DNA of 63,916 bases, counting the filler, from an uncultured Methanoregulaceae archaeon (GTDB lineage Archaea; Halobacteriota; Methanomicrobia; Methanomicrobiales; Methanospirillaceae), in the NCBI GenBank assembly GCA_964530035.1. It is 6 parts of 6 records of this genome, joined end to end, with 100 filler letters (N's around TTAATTAATTAA, not from the genome) between each part and the next. Parts side by side here need not be neighbours in the genome. Positions count along the whole stretch, not along the records: positions 32,833 to 43,552 come from CAZGXZ010000082.1; positions 43,653 to 54,259 come from CAZGXZ010000084.1; 4 more parts are not named here. One strand, written 5' to 3'. The notes beneath the pieces were generated by a model. The model had not been told where the DNA came from, ran no database searches, and saw only the letters and a program-made list of their open reading frames with translations. Both the position numbers and the translations under genes were made by a program. Shown piece after piece: positions 38,328 to 48,772 of the stretch (position 1 is the stretch's first letter; every line of letters begins with the position of its first letter).

Positions 38328-39082
38328 TCCTCGACCAGATCGTCGAAGCTTCAGCTGTGCGGGCGCGGTCACTTCCCTTATCCCGCACACAGGCCCCAAG
38401 GACAGAGACACGGAGCCTTCGTGCAGCCATCTTGTCCGGGAGCAGGGGCAGAAACGCCGTTATAGCCGAGATCAAGGCCGCGAGCCCGTCTCGCGGACCC
38501 ATACGGTCGATTTCAGACCCTGCCGGTATCGCGGCTGATCTCGTCGCAGGGGGCTGCTGCGCCCTCTCCGTCATCACTGAACCCGGGTTTTTCTCAGGCC
38601 ACCCGGGGCTTATTCCAACGATCCGCACCTCGGTCGGGGTCCCCATCCTGAGGAAGGACTTCATCGTGGATGACCGGCAGGTCAGGGAGAGCCGTGACCT
38701 CGGTGCCGACGCCGTTTTGCTCATCGCCGCAGTCCTCGGCGAGCGACTCAGTGAATTTTGCGACCTTGCCGTGAAAGAGGGGCTCGAACCGCTGGTAGAG
38801 GTCCATTCGAGGCAGGAGGTGAGGACTGCCCTGGATACCGGGGCCGGGTTGATTGGCGTCAACAACCGTGACCTCTCCACCATGAAGGTCGACCTGTCCG
38901 CCACCCGTCGGATCGCACCGTATCTCATGGAAGCAGGGAGAACGGTAATCAGCGAAAGCGGATTTCTCTGGCCATGCGACCTGGCGGGCCTGAAACAGTA
39001 CGCAGACGGTTTCCTTATCGGTTCATCAATCATGGCCTCGAAGGACCCGAAAAAACGTCTCACGGGGTTTGTATACGCATGA
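38324..39082 (+). CDS. trpC: Indole-3-glycerol phosphate synthase
   Basis: IAEIKAASPSRG, LRKDFIVD, LVEVH, GVNNRDL, ISESG, LIGSSIM; ATGA overlap with trpD. Confidence 0.96.
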   Translation: MILDQIVEASAVRARSLPLSRTQAPRTETRSLRAAILSGSRGRNAVIAEIKAASPSRGPIRSISDPAGIAADLVAGGCCALSVITEPGFFSGHPGLIPTIRTSVGVPILRKDFIVDDRQVRESRDLGADAVLLIAAVLGERLSEFCDLAVKEGLEPLVEVHSRQEVRTALDTGAGLIGVNNRDLSTMKVDLSATRRIAPYLMEAGRTVISESGFLWPCDLAGLKQYADGFLIGSSIMASKDPKKRLTGFVYA

Positions 39083-39159
39083 ATTTCCGTTCTGAAATGG
39101 ACCACCAGCCAGGGCGGGACCGGGGAAAGCCTGCCGGCTGCACGGGAGGCAGGCCATGA
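39079..39159 (+). other. 26-codon mini-ORF at the usual trpF position
   Basis: [30 protein letters not shown] overlap with trpC stop and with trpB start. Confidence 0.55.
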
Positions 39160-40328
39160 TCCTTACTACCAGGTTCGGCGAGTACGGAGGGTGCTTCGTC
39201 CCTGAAACACTGATTCCCGCTCTCGAGGAGCTCGAGGAAGCCTACCGTACCATTGTTCCTGACCCGTCGTTCCGGGAGGAACTTGGCGGGTACCTGACTG
39301 AGTTCGCCGGAAGGAAGACGCCATTAACCCTGTGCAGGAACATCTCGCAGGACCTTGGGTGCAGGGTATACCTGAAACGCGAGGACCTCCTCCATTCCGG
39401 TGCCCACAAGCTGAACAACGCCCTTGGCCAGGCACTCCTCGCAAAACGCATGGGCAAGAAAAGGCTCATCGCAGAGACAGGCGCCGGTCAGCACGGGGTG
39501 GCGACTGCGATTGCAGGGGCGGTCACCGGGCTCCCCGTCGACGTATACATGGGGGACGTTGACATCGAACGCCAGGCCCCGAACGTCGCCCGCATGAAAC
39601 TCTTTGGAGCGAGGGTCATACCCGCCTCCTCAGGCACGCGGACCCTCAAGGACGCGGTGAACGAGGCCCTCCGGGACTGGACTGAAAACGTGAGGGACAC
39701 GCATTACCTCATAGGCTCGGTCGTCGGCCCCCACCCGTTTCCAAGGCTGGTCAGGGACTTCCAGACGGTCATCGGGACCGAGACGCGGGAACAGGTCCTA
39801 AAACGCGAGGGGCGCCTTCCGGATGCCATCGTCGCCTGCGTCGGCGGGGGCTCGAATGCCATCGGCATGTTCCACCCGTTTCTCGACGACGACGTGGCCC
39901 TGTACGGGGTTGAGGCCGGAGGTGAGGGCGAGGGTGGCAGGACCGGGGCGACCCTGTGCACGGGCTCACCCGGGACCCTTCACGGGGCGTATTCCTACCT
40001 TCTCCAGGATGGTTACGGTCAGGTCGCCGAATCCCACTCTGTCTCCGCGGGCCTCGACTACCCGGGCGTGGGACCCGAGCACTCGATGTTGCGCGACAGT
40101 GGCAGAGTCACCTATACCTCGGTCACGGACACGAAAGCACTTGATGCCTGCCTCTACCTCTCGAGAAGGGAGGGTATCCTGCCGGCGCTCGAGTCGTCCC
40201 ATGCGGTGGCATTCGCGAGGACGCATGCCATGACCCTTGACAGGGACTCGGTCATGGTCATCTCTCTTTCAGGGCGGGGCGACAAGGACCTGGCGACGGT
40301 CATGGAATACGCCGGGGTGCAGGCATGA
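39156..40328 (+). CDS. trpB: Tryptophan synthase beta chain
   Basis: [54 protein letters not shown]. Confidence 0.97.
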   Translation: MILTTRFGEYGGCFVPETLIPALEELEEAYRTIVPDPSFREELGGYLTEFAGRKTPLTLCRNISQDLGCRVYLKREDLLHSGAHKLNNALGQALLAKRMGKKRLIAETGAGQHGVATAIAGAVTGLPVDVYMGDVDIERQAPNVARMKLFGARVIPASSGTRTLKDAVNEALRDWTENVRDTHYLIGSVVGPHPFPRLVRDFQTVIGTETREQVLKREGRLPDAIVACVGGGSNAIGMFHPFLDDDVALYGVEAGGEGEGGRTGATLCTGSPGTLHGAYSYLLQDGYGQVAESHSVSAGLDYPGVGPEHSMLRDSGRVTYTSVTDTKALDACLYLSRREGILPALESSHAVAFARTHAMTLDRDSVMVISLSGRGDKDLATVMEYAGVQA

Positions 40329-41179
40329 CCTCCGGGGAGAAACGGATCGCCCGGGCGTTCGAGGCCGGGAAGAAGCCGCTTGTCGTTGCGTTCACCGTCG
40401 CGGGGGACCCGGACGTCCCGACAAGCCTTGCCATCATGAAGGAGATGGCGGCATCAGGGGCTGATATCATCGAGCTCGGCCTGCCGTGGAGCGACCCGGT
40501 AGCCGACGGTCCGGTCATCCAGAGGGCGGACCTGAGAGCCCTTTCAGGGGGCATGAACACGGACAGGCTGTTCGACCTTGTCAGGAGCTTCAGGTCGGGG
40601 CACTTCGTTCCCGTGGTACTCCTGACCTATGCCAACCCGGTGCTCCGGCGAGGGCTGGAGCGGTTCTACCGGGAGGCGGCGGACGCAGGGATCGACGGGG
40701 TCGTCATTGCCGATGTCCCGCTCGAGGAGGCAGCCCCTTTTTCAGCTGCTGCACGGGCCTCGGGGATTGCCCCTGTCGTCATGGTGAGCCCCATGACCCC
40801 GCCGGAGCGGATTTCACGGATCGTTTCAGCCGGAGGAGGGTTCATCTACCTTGTCGCAGCGCTCGGGGTCACGGGAGTCAGGCAGGGCACCGACCCCGCA
40901 GCTATCAGCCATCTCGCTGCCGTCAAGGCCCGGACAACCCTCCCCGTTGCACCAGGTTTCGGGATCTCGTCACCAGGACAGGTCAGGGAGTGGGAGAGGG
41001 CCGGTGCCGATGCGGTCATCGTCGGCTCGGCCATTGTCCGGATCATAGAAAAACATCATGGCGACGCGGAAGGGATTGTACGTGGTATCGGCGAATTTAT
41101 CAGGGCATTGAAACAGGACTGCCCTGAAAAGGCCGGTACGTCAGTCAAGCACCTGTCCCATGGAACCCCTGCCCGGTGA
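40325..41179 (+). CDS. trpA: Tryptophan synthase alpha chain
   Basis: [38 protein letters not shown]. Confidence 0.96.
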   Translation: MTSGEKRIARAFEAGKKPLVVAFTVAGDPDVPTSLAIMKEMAASGADIIELGLPWSDPVADGPVIQRADLRALSGGMNTDRLFDLVRSFRSGHFVPVVLLTYANPVLRRGLERFYREAADAGIDGVVIADVPLEEAAPFSAAARASGIAPVVMVSPMTPPERISRIVSAGGGFIYLVAALGVTGVRQGTDPAAISHLAAVKARTTLPVAPGFGISSPGQVREWERAGADAVIVGSAIVRIIEKHHGDAEGIVRGIGEFIRALKQDCPEKAGTSVKHLSHGTPAR

Positions 41180-41336
41180 AGCCCTGAAACGGTGTATGAT
41201 GCGGCTGGTCCGTGACGAGTGCCCATTTGTGCCGGGCCGGAGAGCGGTACGTCGTCCCAGGAGGGCGCCCAGGCGCCGCTGTTAGGGGGCGCCCGGCATG
41301 CCGGGTCCCGTAGAGGTCCGGGTATCTCCCGGCCTT

Positions 41337-42185
41337 TCAGACCCGTGACGCCAGGTCCCTGACCACCGCAAGGGTCCCGCGGTCATCCCGCCGGTCGTCA
41401 ACCGGCGTCTCGCACACGAAGGGAAGGTCCTTCAGGGAAGGGTGCCTGAGGATCCCGGAACAGCCGCCGGCACCGATACTGCCGAGCCCGATGTGCTCAT
41501 GGCGGTCGAGGCCGCTCCCGAGGGCACCCTTTGCATCGTTGAAATGGACGAGGAAGAGGCGTTGCAGCCCGAGGAACGAATCAAACTCGCGGAGGGTCTC
41601 ATCGAGTCCATTTTCCGTGTGGACAGGGTATCCGGCCGCAAACGCGTGGCAGGTATCAAAGCAGAACCCGATCCGGGACTGGTCCCGGACCTGCCCCGCG
41701 ACCCCGGAGATGTCCTGGAACCGGCTGCCGACACCATTCTTTTCCCCTGCTGTGTTTTCAAGGAGGAGGACCGTTCCCCCCCCGGCCTCGTCAAATGCAC
41801 GGTTGATGGCGGCTGCGACGAGCCGGCGGCCTTCAGCCGGGCCCGAAGCCCCATAGTGCCCGAGGTGGGTCACGAGGTACGGGACGCCGAGACATTCGCA
41901 CCGGTTTAGCTCCTCAGCAAGCGTTTTAACCGATTTGTCGTAAATTTCCTGGTTTTCCGAGGCAAGGTTCGGCAGGTAGGGCATGTGGTCAAACACCGGG
42001 CCGATCCCGGACGCGGCAAGCCCTGACCGGAACGCAGTGCATTCCGTGGTTTCGAGCTCTTTTGCCTTCCATACCCTCGGGCTCCTTGTAAATATCTGGA
42101 AGGTATCGCACCCGGTCTCCCGGGCACGCTCCACTGACCGTGCAACCGAACCTGCTATCGAGATGTGGACACCGCACCTGACCAT
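41337..42185 (-). CDS. nfo: Endonuclease IV
   Basis: GVHISIAG, HMPYLPNLAS, LLENTAG, CFDTCHAFAAG, HFND, DRHEHIG.G. Confidence 0.95.
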   Translation of the reverse strand: MVRCGVHISIAGSVARSVERARETGCDTFQIFTRSPRVWKAKELETTECTAFRSGLAASGIGPVFDHMPYLPNLASENQEIYDKSVKTLAEELNRCECLGVPYLVTHLGHYGASGPAEGRRLVAAAINRAFDEAGGGTVLLLENTAGEKNGVGSRFQDISGVAGQVRDQSRIGFCFDTCHAFAAGYPVHTENGLDETLREFDSFLGLQRLFLVHFNDAKGALGSGLDRHEHIGLGSIGAGGCSGILRHPSLKDLPFVCETPVDDRRDDRGTLAVVRDLASRV

Positions 42186-42240
42186 GGGTTTTCAGGGAGA
42201 ATTGGACCTGAAAGAATAAGAGGGCGTCCCCTGGCCGCGG

Positions 42241-43200
42241 TTACAGCGCCGCGAATATCGCCCTGCCCATGCTTTTTGTGGTCGCGGTCCCCCCGAGGTC
42301 AGGGGTGACCTTCCCGGACGCAAGGACCGTAAAAACTGCCTTCTCTAACCTTTGTGCTGAGTCCTCGTCACCGAGGTGGCGGACGAGGAGGGCGGCAGAG
42401 AGGACCGCGGCGGCCGGGTTCGCAATCCCCCTTCCGGCAATGTCAGGTGCACTCCCGTGAACCGGTTCGAAGAGGGCGTACCGGTCGCCGATATTTGCAC
42501 TCGGCAGCATCCCGAGGCCTCCGGCCAGGTACGCCGTAACGTCGCTCACGATGTCCCCGAACATGTTCTCGGTGACGATTACGGGGTAACGTCCGGGGTG
42601 CATCAGGACGTCCAGGCAGAGTGCATCGATGTAACGGTCCTGGTACGGAACACCGAGACCGGCCGCGACCTCACGGCAGGTATTGAGGAAGAGCGTGTCG
42701 GCCTTGATGACGTTCGCCTTGTGGCCGATGGTCAGGGTCTCTCCCGGCTGTACCAGGCCGCATGCGAAACGGGCCACCCGCTCGGAGCCCTTCCTCGTGA
42801 TGATGCGCAGCGTGGTCGCCCGTTCAGGGGTGATCTCCTCGACCCCGGCGTAGAGCCCCTCCGTGTTCTCCCTCACGACCGTGACGGAAACACCTTTTGC
42901 ACGTACCGGCCTCACGTTTGCATACAGGTCAAGCTCCTTCCTGATCCTGACGACGATGCTCCGGTAAGAGGGGTCGGGGGGTGTGGTGATGGCACCAAAC
43001 AGGATGGCGTCAGCCAAACGGAGGGCCTCGATATCCGCCTCGTCAATCGCCACCCCCTCACGGTCCCACCTGGTGCAGCCGACATCCACCGGAAAAAAGT
43101 CCAGGTCCTCCCTGACCGTCCTGAGGGCTGTCACGGCGACCGGGATGACCTCCTTTCCTATCCCGTCCCCTTCAACTACCGCGATTTTCGGCGCCAACAC
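42241..43200 (-). CDS. Isocitrate/isopropylmalate dehydrogenase family (LeuB or AksF)
   Basis: GDGIGKEV, RENTEGLY, HKANV, NMFGDIVSD, LFEPVHGSAPDIAG. Confidence 0.9.
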   Translation of the reverse strand: MLAPKIAVVEGDGIGKEVIPVAVTALRTVREDLDFFPVDVGCTRWDREGVAIDEADIEALRLADAILFGAITTPPDPSYRSIVVRIRKELDLYANVRPVRAKGVSVTVVRENTEGLYAGVEEITPERATTLRIITRKGSERVARFACGLVQPGETLTIGHKANVIKADTLFLNTCREVAAGLGVPYQDRYIDALCLDVLMHPGRYPVIVTENMFGDIVSDVTAYLAGGLGMLPSANIGDRYALFEPVHGSAPDIAGRGIANPAAAVLSAALLVRHLGDEDSAQRLEKAVFTVLASGKVTPDLGGTATTKSMGRAIFAAL

Positions 43201-43552
43201 GCTCCCTCCATGCATCAGCCAGGTCCACGACGGCTTTTCTGATCTCCTCCGGCGATGACCCCCAGTGGACGATCGCCCCGAACATTCCGTGCCACGTTCC
43301 GATACCTTCGCGTTCCTTTCTGCAGCAGCGTGCGATGAACGGTTCGCGGTCAACCCTCCGGAGCGGACAAATCTCCACCTGGGTAAAGTCCCCGCCCCAC
43401 AGTTCCCTGTACAGGGTGGCGCCGGTCATGCAGCATGCGACGCGTTCCCCTCCCTGCATCGGGTCGGAATCAAGGCTCTTTTCAAACCCGGCGGCCCTGC
43501 AGGGATAGACATCGGCCGGCACTGATGAGATGTCCTCCATATGGTACTCGAA
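43172..43552 (-). CDS. Cys-rich hypothetical protein (5' end cut by scaffold end)
   Basis: YPCRAAG, CCMTG, ICP, ARCCR, VHWG; overlaps the dehydrogenase start. Confidence 0.65.
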   Translation of the reverse strand, partial: FEYHMEDISSVPADVYPCRAAGFEKSLDSDPMQGGERVACCMTGATLYRELWGGDFTQVEICPLRRVDREPFIARCCRKEREGIGTWHGMFGAIVHWGSSPEEIRKAVVDLADAWRERVGAENRGS

Positions 43553-43652
43553 NNNNNNNNNNNNNNNNNNNNNNNNNNNNNNNNNNNNNNNNNNNNTTAA
43601 TTAATTAANNNNNNNNNNNNNNNNNNNNNNNNNNNNNNNNNNNNNNNNNNNN

Positions 43653-44244
43653 TTGCAAGGGCACAGACCGCCTCGTAGTTGTCCGGTGTCGCAGCATGGA
43701 TCAGGGGCCTGAAGGAACCACAGACGCCGAGGCCGGCTTCAAGGGCCGCGGGGTCACGGGCTATCAGGACCTCGGGGAGGTGAGCCGCCGATTCGACGGC
43801 TGATACCGCCTTTGCAAAGGTTTCCGGAGAACCAGAATCGTTTTTTATGGCAACCCCGTCGACCCTGAGGTCCATACCGATCCTGGTAAAACGCATATCC
43901 TTCACCTCCCTGCAGACCGAAACAATCCGGTCTTCCTTCCAGAGATCTGAGATGAGGTACATGATGCCCGGCTGGTGGTAGAACGTCTTCTCGTGGCGGT
44001 AGAACACGAACTCCTCGCCGCATGTGACCCTTCTTTCGCCGACCCCGACCCTGGCCCTCTGGATGGGAGGCCGTGTCGAGGCCCCGAGTAGCTGCCGGGC
44101 ACTCTCGTCAAGGTACGGGCAAAGGTCAACATCAGCCTTTCCCTGCGCGAGTTTCATGGCAAAGGTCAGGCAGGTCGGGTCCCCGCACTCCTTGCAGTTC
44201 TTCTTCGGGAGCACCTTGTAGATGTCAAGTGCCTTCAGTGCCAT
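43653..44244 (-). CDS. cdhE: ACDS gamma subunit / corrinoid Fe-S protein large subunit (5' part)
   Basis: MALKALDIYKVLPKKNCKECGDPTCLTFAMKLA...CPYL, YRHEKTF. Confidence 0.93.
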
Positions 44245-44245
44245 C

Positions 44246-45215
44246 TCAGGGCACCTCCGCATGGGCCTTCCCGCATTCCCACAGGGACGATATTGCCTGC
44301 TTGAGCAGGGGGACCGTTCTCGGGTGCCGGACAACGAGCACGGTCGCTCCTGCAATCGCGGCGGGAAGGGCTGTATAAAATTCCCAGGCGACGGCCATCG
44401 CGTCCTTCTGGTCAGGAGGGGCCTCCCGCACCTCCTTGACGGACAGGGCATCCGAGGGGGCGGAGATGATCGGCATGGCGAGGTCGGTATCACCTTTCAT
44501 GGCAGAGAACCTGATCCTCTCGATGGTCGAGTAGGTATATTCGAACCCGTAGCCCAGTGCCCCCGTGTAGGGGTCGATGACGATCCTGTTGTCAGGGACA
44601 CCGGTCTCGCGGAGGAGGATGTTTAACTGTTTTGCCAGGTTGACGTCTATCGGGGACTGCGCAATGATCCCGTGACCATAGGCCATCGCTGCTGCCGCAA
44701 CTGAACGGTACCGGGAGGCTTCGGCGGTCCCGAGGAGGAGGCGCTCCCCCTGGCCTGCCTCTCCGCACCGCTGGAAGACCTCGGAGTCTATCTGGGGGTC
44801 CATTGACCCCTCGATGATGAGCGGGAGGGTCGTCGATGCGAGTACGGACCTGACGGTCTGCCCTATGGTGTCGAAAGCGGAAAAATTCCTTCGTTTTGTC
44901 GAGGTCAGTGAGAGCCGGACNNNNNNNNNNAAGGTCGGCACCATACTCCTTCTCGGCTGCCCGTGCCCAGGCGGCCGGGTCGTGCACGAGATCTCCACAG
45001 AACTCGCTGATGACTCCGGGCCAGATCGCCGGGTCGTCGCAGAGCTCGAAGGCGACAAGGGGCATCGATCCTGTATGAGGATTTCCGACAAAGGGGAGGT
45101 CGGTCTCCCCCCCAAGGGTATATGAAACGGACCGTGTCCCTCCTTCTGTGGCGGTTGCTCCGATGGTGACGGTTGTTATACTGGTTGTCCATTCACTGGG
45201 TACCTGGTAAGTCAT
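44246..45215 (-). CDS. cdhD: ACDS delta subunit / corrinoid Fe-S protein small subunit (10-N gap at 44921-44930)
   Basis: VTIGAT..EGGTRS...GGET.LPF; SPIDVNLAKQLN; DPYTGALGYGFEYTYS.IERIR. Confidence 0.92.
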
Positions 45216-45228
45216 CGCTCCATCACCC

Positions 45229-47262
45229 TCACATCAGCGGTTCCATGGTCAATGCCGGGTGCCCTGCCGCGGTCAGGAACGCGATCAGGTCTTCAAGCGT
45301 CACCGCCTTCGCTTCATCGGCGATCTTTTCATAGAGGCCTGGATTACCTGCTTTCTCAAGTTTTTCCTTCAGGCGGGTCCCAATTTCCTCCTTGAGGTTC
45401 AGGGGCATCCAGACGACCCGTGATATCCCGCCCTCGGACTGGAGGAACCGGTCTGAGAGAAGATAATTCTTGGATATGCCGATGAACCCCGGGGTCTGCG
45501 CCCCTCCCCCTATCGTGCCTGCGAGGGTCGAAAAACTCATCCCTGAAGGGGTCTCTCCCTTGAACTCCCGTGAGACCACCATGACACCGTTCACCTCGGG
45601 AAGGACAAGGGCTATCGCCTCGAAACAGCCGCAGCAGGTCATCGGTGCGTCCATGATACTGTAGAGGGCACATCGGTCCACCTCTCCGTGCGATGCCTTC
45701 TTGACGAAACGGTTGATCCCCTCGTATTCCCCAAGGGACCCGTCTATCCTGGTCCCCTTCTGGACGGGCTGGTTTGCTCCTGATGGCGACATTTCATAGG
45801 CGGTCTTACCGTCAAGCCAGGTAATCGCACCGCACAAGGCCGGGCGTTCCGGGGTGATGATGCATACATGGTTCGGGGCGAAGGTCTGGCACAGGGTGCA
45901 TGAATAGAAGGTATCGACGTCATCGTCCTTCATGCCCCGGATCCTGTCGTCCCGTTCGGCATAGACGGCTTCGGCCTCACGCTTCGCCGCCAGCACCTTT
46001 TCGGGGTCGGTGATGATGGTGACCTGGCTCGCGTCCACGAGGGTCGGGAAGTCCATCCTGAACTTTGCCGCGATGAGCTTTCCCAGGTGTTCGACCCTCA
46101 CCCCGTTCGAGACGGCCTCCTTCGTGAGCCGCACCCAGATGATGTCCCTCTGGGCGACATGCCAGGACCCCTCCCCGTAATTGACGAAGTTGTGGATGCG
46201 ACGTTCAAGGACCGGTTCAAAGTCCTTTTTCATGTTTTTTCCGGCAACATCGACGAGTATGGCAAGGGGGACGGCAGACCCCTCCTTCATCTCCTCCACC
46301 TCGGGACCGATGACCGTGACCTTTCCGTCGGTGACTTCCTCGGGGGGTCTCATCCTGAGCAGTTCGAAGGCCGGTGACCTCCCCCCTCCGAATTCAACGT
46401 ACATCTCCTCCTTCCGGACCGCCTTCCCCTCGAATGCCGGGGAACACGCCATCGGGATGGGAATCGCCGTTACCTGGACCCTGATCCCGCGGAGGTCCAT
46501 GCCTGTCCTCACGGCATCCTGGGACCGGACCTGTTGCCACTCATCGCCCTCATATCCCGGGCCGAGTGCGAGAACGGGGATGGACAGGACCCGGAGCCCG
46601 TCAACGAAGGCAATCTCCTCGTCGTCCATGCCCGGGTACACGAGGGTGAATGCCTTGGCCCGCTCCGATGCATAGGCGATCAGCCGGTGTGCGTCCCCGG
46701 GTGCGACTCCCCCGAACATCATCGCGACCCGTGCAAGAACATCGACGAAATGGACCGCCTGCCTGACCGATGAACCGAGAGGGATCAGACGGTACTCAAG
46801 GCCGACCTTCACGCCTGCCGCGGTAAGGCTGCCGATGATATCTCCGGCAAGGAAGGTGAGCATCAGTTTTTCCTGGAGTTCCCGGCAGAGTGCAGCCGCC
46901 TTGTCTGCAGATTCAGGAGTCCCGGCGACGAGGGCGAGGCCAAGGATCGACCCGTCCACGAGGGAGTACCCGAGTTTCCTGATGACTGCATCGGGGATGA
47001 ACCCGACATACGGCGCCCCCTCTTTCGTCCCGCCTGAAGCCGCGGCAGCGACAATGAGCTCCGTTCCGACGAGGGGGTTTCCCTCTGTGGCGGCATAGAC
47101 CTCACCGGCGGCCTTGCCGTCATGGACGTCCCGCCCGGTGAGGGCATAGGACACCGGCAGGTGGTAAGCCGTTTCCTCGTATGACATGGTGCCGGTAAGG
47201 CCAGCGACCTTGCGGCCTATCGAATCTTTTCCTCTCCTGGATGCCGTTTCAATGGATACCAT
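45229..47262 (-). CDS. acsB: Acetyl-CoA synthase (AcsB/CdhC) with bacterial-type N-terminal domain
   Basis: FEPVLERRIH, CTLCQTFAPNHVC, ERPALCGA, MTCCGCFE; N-terminal TAYHLPVSYALTG; about 677 aa. Confidence 0.92.
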   Translation of the reverse strand: MVSIETASRRGKDSIGRKVAGLTGTMSYEETAYHLPVSYALTGRDVHDGKAAGEVYAATEGNPLVGTELIVAAAASGGTKEGAPYVGFIPDAVIRKLGYSLVDGSILGLALVAGTPESADKAAALCRELQEKLMLTFLAGDIIGSLTAAGVKVGLEYRLIPLGSSVRQAVHFVDVLARVAMMFGGVAPGDAHRLIAYASERAKAFTLVYPGMDDEEIAFVDGLRVLSIPVLALGPGYEGDEWQQVRSQDAVRTGMDLRGIRVQVTAIPIPMACSPAFEGKAVRKEEMYVEFGGGRSPAFELLRMRPPEEVTDGKVTVIGPEVEEMKEGSAVPLAILVDVAGKNMKKDFEPVLERRIHNFVNYGEGSWHVAQRDIIWVRLTKEAVSNGVRVEHLGKLIAAKFRMDFPTLVDASQVTIITDPEKVLAAKREAEAVYAERDDRIRGMKDDDVDTFYSCTLCQTFAPNHVCIITPERPALCGAITWLDGKTAYEMSPSGANQPVQKGTRIDGSLGEYEGINRFVKKASHGEVDRCALYSIMDAPMTCCGCFEAIALVLPEVNGVMVVSREFKGETPSGMSFSTLAGTIGGGAQTPGFIGISKNYLLSDRFLQSEGGISRVVWMPLNLKEEIGTRLKEKLEKAGNPGLYEKIADEAKAVTLEDLIAFLTAAGHPALTMEPLM

Positions 47263-47568
47263 GCAACAACAGTCCCACTTCTGTCTGTATTGGTGATGGA
47301 AGACTTCAATGGTTTCGGAAGGACCATACAAAGGGGAAATATGGGAACCCCGCCGCCAGGTCATGGATGACTTCCGCCTGGCCTGGTCACACCGATGAAT
47401 TATCCCTGCAATAAGCCTGTTTTTAAGTGCTTCTCCTCCACGGCATACTTTATCAGTACCTGAAGCATAATACCGCTCAAGAGGCCCGGTAGTCTATCGC
47501 ACCCTTCAAGGTGAACGTGGTAATGGAGGGAAAATGTCTGCAGGATAAGGGTTTCCGGGCCCGAGGAC

Positions 47569-47862
47569 GTGGTGGATATAACAGAAATGGTTCATGTTTC
47601 CGGCAGGGACAGGGGGAAGGTGGTACTGTACGCCCTGTCCACCTGCGTGTGGTGTAAAAAAACCAAGGAACTGCTCAGTGAGCTGGGGGTTGATTTTTCC
47701 TATCTCTTCGTCGACCTGCTCCCTGACAATGAACTTGACGAAATTTTAAAGGAGATGGAACAGTTCAACCCGAAGGGTTCCTTTCCGACCCTGGTTATAA
47801 ACAACGAGAAGTGCATTGTGGGCTACCGCGAAAACGACATCAGGGAGGCGCTGGGCAAATGA
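47569..47862 (+). CDS. Glutaredoxin/NrdH-like redoxin
   Basis: LSTCVWCKKT, SFPTLVIN, IVGY. Confidence 0.9.
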   Translation: MVDITEMVHVSGRDRGKVVLYALSTCVWCKKTKELLSELGVDFSYLFVDLLPDNELDEILKEMEQFNPKGSFPTLVINNEKCIVGYRENDIREALGK

Positions 47863-48368
47863 CGACCGGGGCCGCCGAGGAGGAACTCTCCCGGACACTC
47901 GAGAGGTTCAGGCGGGAGGCCGGGGAAGGAGGATACCACCTGAACCCTGACGAACCCTTTACCAAAAGCCTCCTTGAGGGGATTATCATGAATGAAGGCC
48001 GGTACGGGTACCCTGCCTGTCCCTGCCGGCTGGCAACCGGAAAAAAGGAAGAGGACCTTGATATCATCTGCCCCTGTGATTACCGGGACCAGGACCTCGT
48101 GGAGTACGGTGCCTGCTACTGCGGGTTATACGTCGGCGAAGCCGTGCACGAAGGTCTGGTGAGGGCGGCCCCCGTTCCTGAGCGACGTCCCTCGCGGAGC
48201 GACCGGAAGGCAAGGAAGACGGTCAGGGTCGACAGTGGCCAGGGTGCAGGTCTTGCATATCCGGTGTGGCGTTGCAGGGTCTGCGGGTATCTGTGTGCAC
48301 GGGACAAACCCCCTGGGATATGCCCGGTTTGCAAGGCAAAAGCAGATCGTTTTGAACGTTTCATGTAA
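47859..48368 (+). CDS. Ferredoxin:thioredoxin reductase-like catalytic subunit with C-terminal rubredoxin domain
   Basis: CPCR, ICPCDY, CYCGLY, then WRCRVCGY...CPVCKA. Confidence 0.9.
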   Translation: MTTGAAEEELSRTLERFRREAGEGGYHLNPDEPFTKSLLEGIIMNEGRYGYPACPCRLATGKKEEDLDIICPCDYRDQDLVEYGACYCGLYVGEAVHEGLVRAAPVPERRPSRSDRKARKTVRVDSGQGAGLAYPVWRCRVCGYLCARDKPPGICPVCKAKADRFERFM

Positions 48369-48418
48369 GGAGTGCTTCCGTTTTATTTTTGTGCGGGCCG
48401 GACCAACCATTTCCGCAG

Positions 48419-48772
48419 ATGAAAATCCCCGTTGTCGTTGAGGTCGCCGGGTACGGGTCTTCAGACTGTTCCCCGTTTCCCTGTGACGAAACCCGCTCAT
48501 GCGGTCTTTCCGCCTGTCACCCCGGAGGGAAGCTGGACGCGGCATTTGAGGCTCTTGCGGCCGGACTGCAGGATGAGTACGGAGACCGTGTCTCCGTGAG
48601 CCTCATACGGCTTGATGAAGGAGTGCCGGAACGCATCCGTGAGATCATCAGCCGCCATTACCCCCCGCTTCCCATGGTGCTGGTGAACGGGAGGGTCACG
48701 CCTCTTGGACGTATCTCCTTACCCCTCGTAAAAAAGGAAATAGACAAGGAGTTCTGTTCAGGCGATCTCTGA
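48419..48772 (+). CDS. Cys-rich hypothetical protein, possible thioredoxin-like fold
   Basis: CSPFPCDETRSCGLSAC; LPMVLVNG cis-Pro-like strand. Confidence 0.65.
   Translation: MKIPVVVEVAGYGSSDCSPFPCDETRSCGLSACHPGGKLDAAFEALAAGLQDEYGDRVSVSLIRLDEGVPERIREIISRHYPPLPMVLVNGRVTPLGRISLPLVKKEIDKEFCSGDL

Noticed and set aside
36771..39105. Long antisense ORFs (289, 330, 280 aa) over the trp genes, and similar ones at 22218-23240 and 49513-50577
   Set aside because: Shadow frames expected in GC-rich coding DNA; no recognisable motifs
44921..44930. Apparent frameshifts in cdhD and nrpR (63482-63491)
   Set aside because: They coincide with 10-N placeholder gaps, so they are assembly artefacts and not evidence of pseudogenes
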